In this document: piece by piece, positions 1-11,774 of the stretch
Layout: each line of letters opens with the position of its first letter
Position numbering within the stretch: position 1 is the stretch's first letter
NCBI GenBank assembly: GCA_964016885.1
Contig: OZ024761.1
Span: 7,440,001-7,504,000 of the forward strand
Direction: 5' to 3'
DNA length: 64,000 nucleotides
Source: Eledone cirrhosa
Taxonomy: Eukaryota
Made by a program: the position numbers and the translations under genes
Notes under the pieces: model-generated
What the model was told of the DNA's origin: nothing
What the model saw: the letters and a program-made list of their open reading frames with translations, nothing else
The model's database searches: none

Positions 1-1233
1 ACTCTCCATAGCTTAACCGCACTAAAGAGTTCTCACTACCTAATATACTCTCCATAGCTTAACCGCACTAAAGAGTTCTCATTACCTAATATACTCTCCA
101 TAGCTTAACCGCACTAAAGAGTTCTTACTAACTAATATACTTTCCATAGCTTAACCGCACTAAAGAGTTCTCACTACCTAATATACTCTCCATAGCTTAA
201 CCGCACTAAAGAGTTCTCACTACCTAATATACTCTCCATAGCTTAACCGCACTAAAGAGTTCTCATTACCTAATATACTCTCCATAGCTTAACCGCACTA
301 AAGAGTTCTTACTAACTAATATACTTTCCATAGCTTAACCGCACTAAAGAGTTCTCACTACCTAATATACTCTCCATAGCTTAACCGCACTAAAGAGTTC
401 TCACTACCTAATATACTCTCCATAGCTTAACCGCACTAAAGAGTTCTCACTACCTAATATACTCTCCATAGCTTAACCGCACTAAAGAGTTCTCATTACC
501 TAATATACTCTCCATAGCTTAACCGCACTAAAGAGTTCTTACTAACTAATATACTTTCCATAGCTTAACCGCACTAAAGAGTTCTCACTACCTAATATAC
601 TCTCCATAGCTTAACCGCACTAAAGAGTTCTCACTACCTAATATACTCTCCATAGCTTAACAGCACTAAAGAGTTCTCACTACCTAATATACTCTCCATA
701 GCTTAACAGCACTAAAGAGTTCTCACTACCTAATATACTCTCCATAGCTTAACAGCACTAAAGAGTTCTCACTACCTAATATACTCTCCATAGCTTAACA
801 GCACTAAAGAGTTCTCACTACCTAATATACTTTCCATAGCTTAACAGCACTAAAGAGTTCTCATTACCTAATATACTCTCCATAGCTTAACCGCACTAAA
901 GAGTTCTCACTACCTAATATACTTTCCATAGCTTAACAGCACTAAAGAGTTCTCATTACCTAATATACTCTCCATAGCTTAACCGCACTAAAGAGTTCTC
1001 ACTACCTAATATACTCTCCATAGCTTAACAGCACTAAAGAGTTCTCACTACCTAATATACTCTCCATAGCTTAACAGCACTAAAGAGTTCTCACTACCTA
1101 ATATACTCTCCATAGCTTAACAGCACTAAAGAGTTCTCACTACCTAATATACTCTCCATAGCTTAACAGCACTAAAGAGTTCTCACTACCTAATATACTC
1201 GCCATAGCTTAACAGCACCAAAGAGTTCTCACT
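1..1233. repeat. 46-bp minisatellite, ~27 copies (runs off window start)
   Basis: Unit actctccatagcttaaccgcactaaagagttctcactacctaatat, seen directly. Confidence 0.98.
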
Positions 1234-1645
1234 AATCTGTAGTGCAAAAGAATGAAAGAACCTGGTAAATTCCAATCCAGGTCTGAGCACTGCTAATTTC
1301 TTCTAGAGAAAGGAGAAAGAGTGATAGGGAGACATATAGAGAAGTAGTGAGAGAGTGAGAAAGAGATATAGAGAGTTAGTGAGAAAGAATCGACACCAGT
1401 ATTTGACTGGTACTTTTTTTTATCTATCTTGAAAGGATAAAAGGCAAAGACAACTTCAGCTGCATTTAAGTATAGAGGGTTGCAATATATACCGTAAAAT
1501 CAGTTCTGTATGAGCAAGACACGGTCACCTAATCTGATTTTCACAACGGGACAACTCTTCTAACCCATGCTAGCATGGAAAAACAGTCATGGTGATGATG
1601 AAAACATTCTATTGGATGTTTTAATGACTCCAGCAATTTTCTGCT

Positions 1646-1820
1646 TTAACCCGTTAGCATTTAAACTGGCCGTTCATACTGATGTTAAAGTATTGTTCTC
1701 AAAATAAATAATAACAAAATCTCATAGATTCGATATTATGTGAGATAATTATGTAAGATAAAGTATTTACTGTGAAAATATAATAGTAAATATAGAGTAA
1801 TGTAAACCATAAAGAGTTAA
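1646..1820. mobile_element. piggyBac-like MITE (family 1), internally deleted copy
   Basis: TTAA-CCCGTTAGCATTT start and AAAGAG-TTAA end; body shared with the copies at 3702, 23001, 28777, 49478. Confidence 0.6.
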
Positions 1821-2245
1821 TGGGAGTATAAACAATTTTAAAATAAGCAGTTTCCTATCATATTTCCATGACGGTTTCAGACAGGTTTGGTATCAAAAGT
1901 TTCTAGTCTAAGTTCTGCCTTAAGCCAGAAGGTTCGTCAAACTGGTGCTTATCCTGGTTTCATGGCGTGAAGTGAGAGAATGTACAAGACCCCTGCCTCC
2001 CTTTGGACAGGACACCAGCCCATTGTAGGGTTAAACCCCAAGCTACTGCTAACAGTACTCATCTTCAACTGAGTATATTGGAGCAGCATGAAATGAAGTG
2101 TTTTGCTGAAGAACACAAGATGACACAACCCAGTCCAGGAATCGAACCCACATTATAATCCTAAGTCTAACACTATTACCACTAGGCCACTTGGAGGCAC
2201 CAAAAGGGTTAAAATATAAATTATAAATTCAAGCAGAATACTCAC

Positions 2246-2473
2246 ACTTTTTGCCTGTACATAAGCCTCTTCTCTACGAGTTAAATAACTCCGCAGATTC
2301 ATTACTTCTTCTTTCAATTTGAACATTTCTAAAGGTTGACTATTTGTAAATGACGATGAATATAAAGGTGAATGGGGTCCACCACCACTTTGGGGTGACA
2401 TTGAATTTAGCTCCGTATAAGCAGGCATAGCAAACATTCCTGGATTGGGTTGACTTAAGAACGCTGCAGCAGT
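2246..2473 (-). CDS. unk: unkempt exon (last in window), start of the coiled coil: TAAAFLSQPNPG...EMFKLKEEVMNLRSYLTRREEAYVQAKS
   Basis: ttaacAG acceptor, GTGAGT donor; 228 nt, phase 0-0; ends like the recalled Unkempt EE...QAK coiled-coil segment. Confidence 0.88.
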
Positions 2474-3099
2474 CTGTTAAAGAGAAATAGATAAATAAAT
2501 ATAACATCTAACAAGGAACATTTTATGGTCATTTTCCTGGTTAAAATACAACTTTTAACCCTTTAGCATTTACATTACACGATATTTACAATTGTATTTT
2601 CACGGTAAAGGCTTTACCCCACATAATATTGAATCCATGAAATTTTGATATTTATTTTGAGAACAATACCTGAACGTCAATATGAGTGGCTAGTTACAGC
2701 TGGTTTGAACAGAAAGAGGTGAAAGAATTCTGGCCAGATATGGTTGGTTTAATTCATCATAGAGTCCTTTTTGATAGGTAGACAGAGACAGACATTCAAA
2801 AAAGAAATCTGCTTCTGCACTCACACACACACATAGTTTACCTGGATTCGTAACAGGATTCGGTTTCTTTTCGTTATGATTACACATTCATTACGAGAAG
2901 TCAAGACCTACATTTGTTTAAATATCTCACTCTCTCTTTATATATATATATAGATATGATGTCCCCCAAAAATGTATACACACTTCAACAGCATTCTAAT
3001 AAAAATGTGCATGCATTTTTTTTGGGACACCCTTTATATACATTGAGATTTCTCGCATTTGGTAACGAACAAGAGATGTAGCAACTCCTATTCTCATAT

Positions 3100-3135
<36 letters not shown>

Positions 3136-3156
3136 AACGATGATGTTATATATAAA

Positions 3157-3497
3157 GCACCCAGTCCACATTGTAGAGTGGCCATGTAGGTGACACGACA
3201 AAAAGCACCCAGGCCACACTGTAAAGTGGTCATGTAGGTGACACGACAAAAAGCACCCAGGCCACACTGTAAAGTGGTCATGTAGGTGACACGACAAGAA
3301 GCACCCAGTCCACACTGTAGAGTGGTCATTTAGGTGTCATGACAAAAAGCACCCAGTACACACTGTAAAGTGGCCATGTAGGTGACATGAAAAAAAAGCA
3401 CCCAGTTCACACTGTAGAGTGGTCATGTAGGTGACACGACAAAAAACACCCAGTCCACACTGTAGAGTGGTCATGTAGGTGTCACAACATCCAGTCC
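3157..3497 (+). repeat. ~50-bp tandem repeat (~7 copies) derived from the RTE 3'UTR sub-repeat
   Basis: Unit aaaagcacccagtccacactgtaaagtggtcatgtaggtgacacgac; followed by an RTE-like 3' end with gatgatgat near 3590. Confidence 0.9.
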
Positions 3498-3701
3498 TAA
3501 TTGAGCAAAACACAATCCACCGACCTGGCTTGTCTCACAACAGAACAACTCGTCTAACCCATGTTAAGGTGGAAGAAAATGAATGTTAAACGATGATGAT
3601 ATAATGAACAGCAGTGGGTACATCTCTTGTTCGTTACCAAATGCAAGAAAGCTCAATGTGTTAAGTAATTGCTTAAAGAAAAAATACAGAGAATAATAAC
3701 T

Positions 3702-3907
3702 TTAACCCTTTAGCATTTAAACCGGTCATATCTGACCAAAATTCTCTCACCTCTTTCTGTTCAAACTGACTGCATCTGGCCACTCATACTGATGTTAAGG
3801 TATTATTCTCAAAATAAATATCAAAATCTTGTAGATTCAATATTATGTGAGATAAAGCCTTTACCATAGAAATACAATATAGAGTAATGTAAATGTTAAA
3901 GAGTTAA
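3702..3907. mobile_element. piggyBac-like MITE (family 1)
   Basis: TTAA|CCCTTTAGCATTT ... AAATGTTAAAGAG|TTAA: imperfect TIRs inside TTAA, the piggyBac signature. Confidence 0.7.
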
Positions 3908-4057
3908 TTGAAGTGAAAAAAACCAAGATGATACCCCAAATCAGTTTAAAAATTTCTACGTTAGTTTTAATTTTAATGCAATGTGTGTGTGTGTGCATAT
4001 ATATATATGTTTGTGCCTATGTGCAAGTGTGTTTGAGTTTGTGTATATATATATATA

Positions 4058-4282
4058 TTTATTTCACATTGCTCCAGTTTACTCAGCTGTAGAAATGAGA
4101 TGATAGGAACTGGGGTCCCTATCATTCCACTGCAAAGTGGTCGTGGAGGTGCCACGGCAAAAAAATACCCAGCACTCACTGTAAATGAGGTTGGTGTTAG
4201 GAAGGGCATCCAGCTGTAGAAATCAAGCCAGAATCAGTTCCCGCCCCACCCTTGCAAGCTGGGAAAAGCGAACGTAAAATGA
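4058..4282 (+). mobile_element. 5'-truncated chimeric SINE copy (plus orientation)
   Basis: Reverse complement of the 12401-12734 element minus its tRNA head; ends ...cccttgcaagctgggaaaagcgaacgtaaaatgat. Confidence 0.85.
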
Positions 4283-4364
4283 TATATATATTTGTGTGTG
4301 TATGTGCATGTGTGAGTGTTATGTGTATGTGTGTGTAAAGATATAAAAACAGAGTGATAGTTAC

Positions 4365-4555
4365 TTGATCCAGTGGTTCTGCAGGTGGCACAGTTTTTGG
4401 CTGCTGTGTAAGGGGGAGCTGTGTCATAAGACCGGCAGGGGTTGTACTAAAACTACCAAAAGGTGACGTTGGTGACTGTGATAAACTACCAATACTGCCT
4501 CGCTGGATACCGCGAGGGGGAATACTAACAGGAACTGATGTGGCACCAAAACAAC
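4365..4555 (-). CDS. unk: unkempt exon, Ser/Pro-rich: GCFGATSVPVSIPPRGIQRGSIGSLSQSPTSPFGSF...AEPLDQ
   Basis: tttcAG acceptor, GTAACT donor; 191 nt, phase 1 to 0; S.PV.IP motif. Confidence 0.88.
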
Positions 4556-4739
4556 CTGAAATTATAGAGAACACACACATATATATATATATATAAAAGT
4601 AAGTATTTACACTTTGCACACTACAACTGCCTTAACTCTGGAAGCCAACCCAACATGAGATGGACTTTGTAACAGCATTGAGTGTTTAGTAAGGTGAACT
4701 GCCTGTAACTAGTTACACACCTAACACACAAACACTTAC

Positions 4740-4795
4740 ATATATATAGCATTTCACAAATACACTAACTGGGACTGATATGACCTCAAAACAAC
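4740..4795 (-). CDS. candidate alternative/duplicated unkempt exon (G)CFEVISVPVSVFVKCYIY
   Basis: tttcAG acceptor and GTAAGT donor; 56 nt with the same phases (1 to 0) as exon 4365-4555; first ~32 nt are a diverged copy of that exon. Usage unproven. Confidence 0.35.
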
Positions 4796-5592
4796 CTGAA
4801 ATAGCAGAGGCAACACACACAGAATATATATATATATACACACACTCACACAGAGAATCTTACAGTGTTTCACAAACACACCAACCCAAAAGACAGACAG
4901 TAGAGAAAGTAAGAGAGATGTTAAACAGTGATAATGATGATACACACAACTATATAATTATGTGACTATGTAAGGTGTAGGCGTAGTTGTGAAGTTAACA
5001 AGTTCACTTCAAGTAACAACATGGTTTTAGACCTTGTCTCAACTGTACAGCATTTCAGGAGTTTTTCACCATAGTCTTTCATTCACTGGTATCTAGATAG
5101 TGACATTTGGTAGACAGAAACTGTGTGGAAGCTTCTCATATACTCACAAACCTTCCGGCTAATCTGAGAAGTCAGTAGCTCCACTTAACCTCTTCAGTGC
5201 TGTAGACGAAATAACTCGTCCTAACTTCAAAGCTAGATGGGGTTACTAGTTTATTGAGGTGATGTTTGTCAATCATTCTGATATGTGGTGTTAATAAATG
5301 TTAGTTTTAAAAATAGTCATTTTACTGAGAAAATTAATTACTTAATTTCTTGGGGCTAAAATTTCTATTGCTCCATTGACACCGAGAAATAATTGATAAT
5401 TATATAGTTACCAGTTTTTGTGTTTTTTAAATGAATAAATTGACTCTACCATGATGTAATTGTTTTAGTTTCAACAGTCTCAGATCAAGTCATTGACCAG
5501 ACAGGCACAACTCCAAAGTACAGACATACAAGGCATACTACCCACACTAACAATTCTTCATCCATTTATTCCTGGGAAGGTCATGGGCGACA

Positions 5593-6020
5593 GCAAAACT
5601 GGGGTACCTATTGTAAACAGGAGGGTTGTTACAGCACAGAAAAACTGGGGTATCTATTGTAAACAGGAGGGTTGTTACAGCACAGAAAAACTGGGGTATC
5701 TATTGTAAACACGCCTCTTACAACACAGTAAAACTGATGTACCTATTGTAAATAGGGCTTTTACAACGCAGTAAAGCTGATGTACCTATTGTAAACACGC
5801 CTCTTACAACACAGTAAAACTAAGGTACCTATTGTAAACAGGAGGGCTCTTACAACAGCAAAACCGGGGCACCTATTGTAAACAGGGCTCTTACAACACA
5901 GTAAAACTGGGGTACCAATTGTAAACAGAGCCCTCACAACACGGTAAAACTGGGGTACCTATTGCAAATAGGGCTCTTACAACACAGTAAAACTGGGGTA
6001 CCAATTGTAAACACGGCTCT
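5593..6020. repeat. degenerate ~44-bp tandem repeat
   Basis: Recurring aaaactggggtacctattgtaaaca...cttacaacacagt, about 10 copies. Confidence 0.85.
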
Positions 6021-6553
6021 TCAGTTGTACCAAGAGCCCAACAACCTTTCTAGTGTTGCTCATCTAAAAAGAACGCACCCAGTACACTCTGTAAAGCAGT
6101 TAATTATAGGAAGGACATCCAGCTGTAGAAAACTTATTAAACAAAGAGTTGGGAGGACCCTACAGTTGTGTCAAAGACCTGACAACTTCCTTAGTGTTGG
6201 TGTCATGATAAAGTGCACCCAGTACACACTGTAAAGAGGTTTGTGATAGGAAATGAATCCAGCTATAAAAAAATTTCCAAAAGAGCTGAGTGCCACAATA
6301 AACGCACCCATTCTGCAGAATGGGTGCGTTTGTAAGCAAGACACAACTTCTAACTCAGCTGAAAGGCCAGTGATTAAATACTGAGAGAAAATGGAATGTT
6401 AAATGATGACAAACATGATGACACTGGTGGTGACAATGGTTGTGATGATGATGACGACACTGAAATTACTAAATATAAATAATATAAAAGAACAAGAAAA
6501 AAGATCAATGATACAATTAATTTTTCCATCATCTTTAAAAAAAAAAAAAAAAT

Positions 6554-6933
6554 CAATGGTAACAGATGTCACCACAAACAGATGCCAATGGTAACAGATG
6601 TCACCACCAACAGATGCCAATGGTAACAGATGTCACCACCAACAGATGCTAATGCTAACAGATGTCACCACCAACAGATGCCAATGGTAACAGATGTCAG
6701 CACCAACAGATGCCAATGGCAATAGATGTCAGCACCAACAGATGCCAATGGCAATAGATGTCAGCACCAACAGATGCCAATGGCAATAGATGTCAACACC
6801 AACAGATGCCAATGGCAATAGATGTCAGCACCAACAGATGCCAATGGCAATAGATGTCAACACCAACAGATGCCAATGGTAACAGATGTCAGCACCAACA
6901 GATGCCAATGGCAATAGATGTCAGCACCAACAG
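6554..6933. repeat. 32-bp minisatellite, ~12 copies
   Basis: Unit aatggtaacagatgtcaccaccaacagatgcc, itself built from two aacagatg sub-units. Confidence 0.95.
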
Positions 6934-7365
6934 ATTTTACCACCAATAGATATCACTACAGATGTAAATGTGTCCCAACCGGTATAGTAAAAAAGAAACA
7001 TTTATAAAGCACATTATTGTCTAACCCATTATTTTTATCTTTTCATAACCAGAATTCTAAAGATCTATTCTACCTATGTTGGTCTGAGAATTCTTGAAAT
7101 TAATCAATAATTAGAAAGGACTTGGCAACTTAATAATGACATATTTATTTTTTCTATTTAGATTTTAAACTTAATCAGAAAGTTCTTTACCTGGAATTAA
7201 GTAATTAATACTGAAAAATATTTTAAAATATGAGCACTCAAAAACAAGAAAAATTTTGTATTAAAAGGGTTACACAGTCACATACACACAGTATAGTCTA
7301 ATTTGGTAAAAAATATCCAAAGTTGGGAGAATTCTGATTCTGTGGGAAGAGTTTGTAGAATATAC

Positions 7366-7604
7366 ACACAGAGTGAACCCCCGGCATTTGCGGAATTTCC
7401 CTTAGAACATAACTAATAATTGTTCATGGAGACCTAAACCCGTTAAAAAATATATATTGCCATGAAAATAATCACAAATGATATTTACAATTCCGCGAAC
7501 ATGCAGTGATTTCCACGAATAATTAGTAGGTAGGTTCTGAGGAAAATTCAGCAAATAACCCGGACTGCAAATGTCGGGACTGTGCATGCTGGGGGTACAC
7601 TGTA
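7366..7604. mobile_element. Tigger/pogo-like DNA-transposon relic (related copy ~30410-30742)
   Basis: Ends cagagtgaacccccggcat... / ...atgctgggggtacactgta form degenerate TIRs; internal sequence is shared with 30600-30740. Confidence 0.55.
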
Positions 7605-8213
7605 CATGATTTTACAAGCAACTACTGCAAAGTATGTGAACAATACACTACAAAATATAATAACTCTTGTTCTGATGATGGGGCCGAGAATGTCTTGAAA
7701 CGTTAATAGACTTATGAACACTATTGCTCCAAACTAAACAAAGAACTAATAAGGAAACATGAAAAACCCGTAATAAAAAGTACTTCAACTGACTTGTTCA
7801 CAATACAACACTGTGTGTACACACACTTCAAATCAAATTGTGAGGTTAGATATAACGAAAAAAAAGTAGAAAAGAAAGATGAGGAACTCCTTTCTCAAAA
7901 CAAGTTTGTTAACTCATAACATCCTGTTAGGATTCAATTTAAATGTTTATAGTATCTTAGTGGACAAATTGTTGTGAAAATTTGCAGTATTAGTGTAAAT
8001 ACCTCAATATTTAATGTAATGCAGTCAGATGGTTTTGTATTTTTCAAGAATACATTGCTAATGTGGTTCCATGTGCTTTGTTAATTTAAATATATAGTAT
8101 CTTTACAGGTAGACGATTGTTGTTATTTTTAATGTGATGCAGTCATTGTGCTTATATGGTTTGTTTGGTCTTTTCAAATATTTATAGTATCTTTACTAGT
8201 GAACAGATTATAG

Positions 8214-8250
8214 TACAGGGTGTTCACAAAGTCACTAGACAATTATACAG

Positions 8251-8281
<31 letters not shown>

Positions 8282-8313
8282 AAATTGTCTAGTGACTTTG
8301 TGGACACCCAGTA
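8214..8313. mobile_element. Tc1/mariner-like MITE: ~30-bp TIRs around a (TA)n core
   Basis: tacagggtgttcacaaagtcactagacaatt ... aattgtctagtgactttgtggacacccagta. Confidence 0.7.
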
Positions 8314-8613
8314 TATTTACTGCTGGACAGATTATTGTGAACATTTCAGTATTAGTGTAAAGATTTTAACATTTAATGTGGTTTGTTAATTCAAATGTTT
8401 ATAATATCTTTAATATTGGATAGATCATTGTGAATATTTGCAGTATTATCGTAAATACTTCAATATTTAATGTGATGCAGTCACAGAGCCATTTGGTATT
8501 TTCCAGTAATGTTTCACTAATATAGTATCATATGGTACAGGATGTTAAGAGCTAAAAAACAGGTTATGGTGTATGTTTGTTGAAGAGGACAAGAATGTAG
8601 TATTATTTATTAC

Positions 8614-8733
8614 CTGTTCCAGATAATCCTGTACTAAGAGAACTGCTAACGGAATTAGAGTCCTCTCGGTCCAATTCTTTATCAATACTAGATATGTCAA
8701 AATCATCCAGGCTAAGGTCATCAAGTGCACTAC
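8614..8733 (-). CDS. unk: unkempt exon: GSALDDLSLDDFDISSIDKELDREDSNSVSSSLSTGLSGT
   Basis: tttAG acceptor, GTAATA donor; 120 nt, phase 1-1; SALDDL.L..F continues the conserved Unkempt block. Confidence 0.92.
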
Positions 8734-9429
8734 CTAAATATAGACAAAAAAAATAATTTTTAATTAGAATAAGGGATATAAAGTTTTTGAAAGCCATTTC
8801 TGAAATGGCTCCTTAACCTTTTCATTACCATCTATACTATAATAACGGGAGGAGTGTGGGATAGCGTCTGATTTATATCTTTTAATCCACTTAGTAAAAT
8901 AAGTTGGATTACTTTGAATAAATAATGAATGAATATTACATAATTTATCTACTAAATTTCGTAACTCTTGATTAAATATAAATAATTTTATTGCTTATTT
9001 AAAATTAACTTCTTTTTAAAAATTTCAAATTCCTACACTTCCAGTATATTGCCGCCACCACCACCACCACTTCAACTACCATGTATATAGAAAGAGAGTG
9101 TGTGATGAGAGAGATACAGATAGTGATCATGTGACATCTATATATATAAAGAGAGAAATAGAGATGAAGAGATTAGGATTTTTTTCAACACGCAGACGCA
9201 CAAGTATGTGTACATACATACATCTATATATGTATGAGTATATAACTATAATGAGTATATATCTATAATGAGTATATAACTATAATCGCGCAAACACAAA
9301 CTTACAAAAATACACGCTCACGGACATACATTCACACAAACACATACATACATTCACACAAACACACACATACAGTCATGATAGCAGCGTTCGATAAATT
9401 AGAAATGGGAGAATAAAAGGAAGTACAAC

Positions 9430-10020
9430 TTTTTATTTATTTATTAACAAAGTTTAACTTTTTTTAAAAAAAACTCCTTTGTATAAAAATTTAATATAAT
9501 GGTTACAGAATGAAAACACAAACAAATATAATATATACAAAGGAAAGGGAAAGGAAAAAAGGAGAAAAATACACAAGCAGGTAATACACACATCTTAGAC
9601 CACAGAACAAAATGCAGGCAAAAGAGTGGGGAAACGAGACGCTACCAGAGCAAAAGATAATATAGCGAGGAGCACTGGGAAACCTCTCTAATAATTTTTG
9701 AGGCAAGCCAGCACGCTCACAGTGTTACCTGCAGTGATGGCGAGGCTGAGGTGCTGGAACAACCAAGTGCCCTCACGAACATCACCAGTTACTTCTGTTT
9801 GGCGAGCCGCCAGTGAAGATAAGAATCTCGCTGTCAGTAGCCCGACTCCCTCGAATGCCACAGGCTGGATAATGTAGTTAGCTGACAGAACACAGTATTT
9901 TAGGATTTTGTTCTGTTCAGCTGCGGATGCTGTAGCTCTCGCCCTTACCGCTGCATTCAGGATGTGGGAAGAAGCAAAAGAGTCACTAACTGTGACGTCC
10001 CAGACCAAAGCTCTTAAGTG
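9430..10020 (-). mobile_element. 3' remnant of an RLE-type (CRE/R2/NeSL-like) non-LTR retrotransposon
   Basis: ORF 9688-10095 contains LVWDVTVSDSFA..AA..AEQNKILKY..QPVAFE.VG..LFQHLSLAI..GN, the pattern of the C-terminal restriction-like endonuclease region; A-rich (TAAA)n tail near 9430. Confidence 0.7.
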
Positions 10021-10214
10021 GCAATAGGCCAGTGTGTGTATGTGCACGCGCGAGTTTATCAGCGTTCTTAAATTAGAGATGTGTGTGTGTGTCACTGTTT
10101 TTAAGTTAGAGACATATATATATGTGTGTATCTCTTTCTTTCTTTCTTTTTACACACACAAACACACATACACATTGTGTAACGGATGGGTGGACAGAAG
10201 TCCCTCAAATTTAT

Positions 10215-10815
10215 ATACATATGAATGGAGTTCTACTGAAGCAGTTAGAGAAGTTCAAGTATCTTGGAGCCGTGTTCACGAGTGATGGAAGGCAGGAGGC
10301 TGAATTAAGTGCAAGAATTTCAAAAGCTGATGCAGTAATGCGCCAGCCTCAGCAATCAGAAGAAGTAAAAGCCAAACTTGCTGTCTTCCTGCCAACCCTT
10401 ACCGAGGATCATGAATCTTTGGTAATGACCAAAAGAATACAATTGCAAATAAAAGTGGCAGAAATGGGGTTCCTCCGAAGCGTCTTTAGAGTAACGTTAC
10501 TCGATAAAGTGCATAGCTCAGAGACCAGAGAGTCACTCCTGGTAGAGCCGCTACTTCTCCAAATTGAGAGATCACAACTCTGATACTCTGAGCATGTGGT
10601 TAGAATGTCTCAGTAAAGAATCGCTGGACACATTTTACAGGAAAAACCAACCGGCAAAAGACCCAGAGGTAGACCCTTAGCAAGATAGTTGGATAACATT
10701 CATGAGCTTGGCCAGTCATGCTTTGGGATCCAGCTGGATCAGTTAAAGATGCTTGCTTCTGACAGACTCACTGGAAGGAGTGTTTGAGAAGGACTCTGCC
10801 CCCACGACCCTCTCA
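10215..10815 (+). mobile_element. degraded RTE-clade LINE 3' fragment (Expander/RTE-1-like)
   Basis: EKFKYLGAVFTSDG..ARISKA..AEMGFLR..VTLLDKV..VEPLLLQIERSQL with downstream stops; related copy on the minus strand at ~38362-38625. Confidence 0.85.
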
Positions 10816-11563
10816 GAAATAAGTGGGCGAAGATGAAAATATTGTCAATTTACATATATATTTGCGTATAATACCAATATGCACACAACATATGCTAACA
10901 GGAAACCACCCGAAGGGTGGTCTTTCTGTTAGTAATACTGTTAGAAATACTAACAGAAATAGTAATACTGTTAGAAATACTAACAGAAAGACCACCCTTC
11001 GGGTGGTTTCCTGTTAGTATTTCTAATGAAAGACACTACCTATGTCATTAACCCTTTCATTACCATATTTCTAGTGAAAGACACTGGCTATAATTTTCAA
11101 ATCATTTAGAAGCGAATCAAGAATTGGAAAAATTTGGTAACATAACTTTTATAACTTTGGATGCAATACTGCAGTGACATTTATCCAATGGACAACTGAT
11201 TCTGTCTGTTATCCATCCAATAAGTTTCCAATATACCTATTTATTCTAAACATTAAGCCTTACTATATGTAGAAAAACCTCCCATATTTTCCACAGTCTT
11301 GCAGCACTCTGTATATAAAATAATGATGATCATGATTGTGATCATCATCATCATTACATCCAGTATTCCATGCTGGCATCTGTGTGGACAGGATAGATAG
11401 CTTAAGATGACATTTTACAAATGGATGATCTTTCCGACACTAAACCTCTCATCTGACTCTTACAGCACACAGGGATATGGTGTACCTATTCTAAAAGCCA
11501 GGAATCACACGGCATGATCACTGAAAACAGTAAAAGAATAAAAGAATTGTAAATAGTACTTAC

Positions 11564-11774
11564 CTACAACAGATTCCACTGTTTCACCAGGAGGATAAAA
11601 AGACGGGGCATGAGGAGACATGTTGGATGTCGAAGGATTAATAGGAGATAGAGAACCACTAAAACTTTGATTAAAATTATGCAGTAAAACTAAATTCTGT
11701 TTCCTTGTAGCCTTTTCACTAGTGTCTATAGTTAGATCATTTTCTATAGCTTGCAACTGTTGCCGAAGTTTGGC
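11564..11774 (-). CDS. unk: unkempt exon: AKLRQQLQAIEND...NMSPHAPSFYPPGETVESVV (PAM2-like segment)
   Basis: ccacAG acceptor, GTAAGT donor; 211 nt, phase 0 to 1; FYP..TVESV resembles the recalled vertebrate UNK block ALPFYPTSDTVESVI. Confidence 0.92.

Noticed and set aside
2262-2280. RREEAY in place of the recalled vertebrate WEESW as a site repaired by A-to-I editing
   Set aside because: The codons are AGA and TAT; A-to-G changes cannot turn either into TGG, so this is ordinary divergence.
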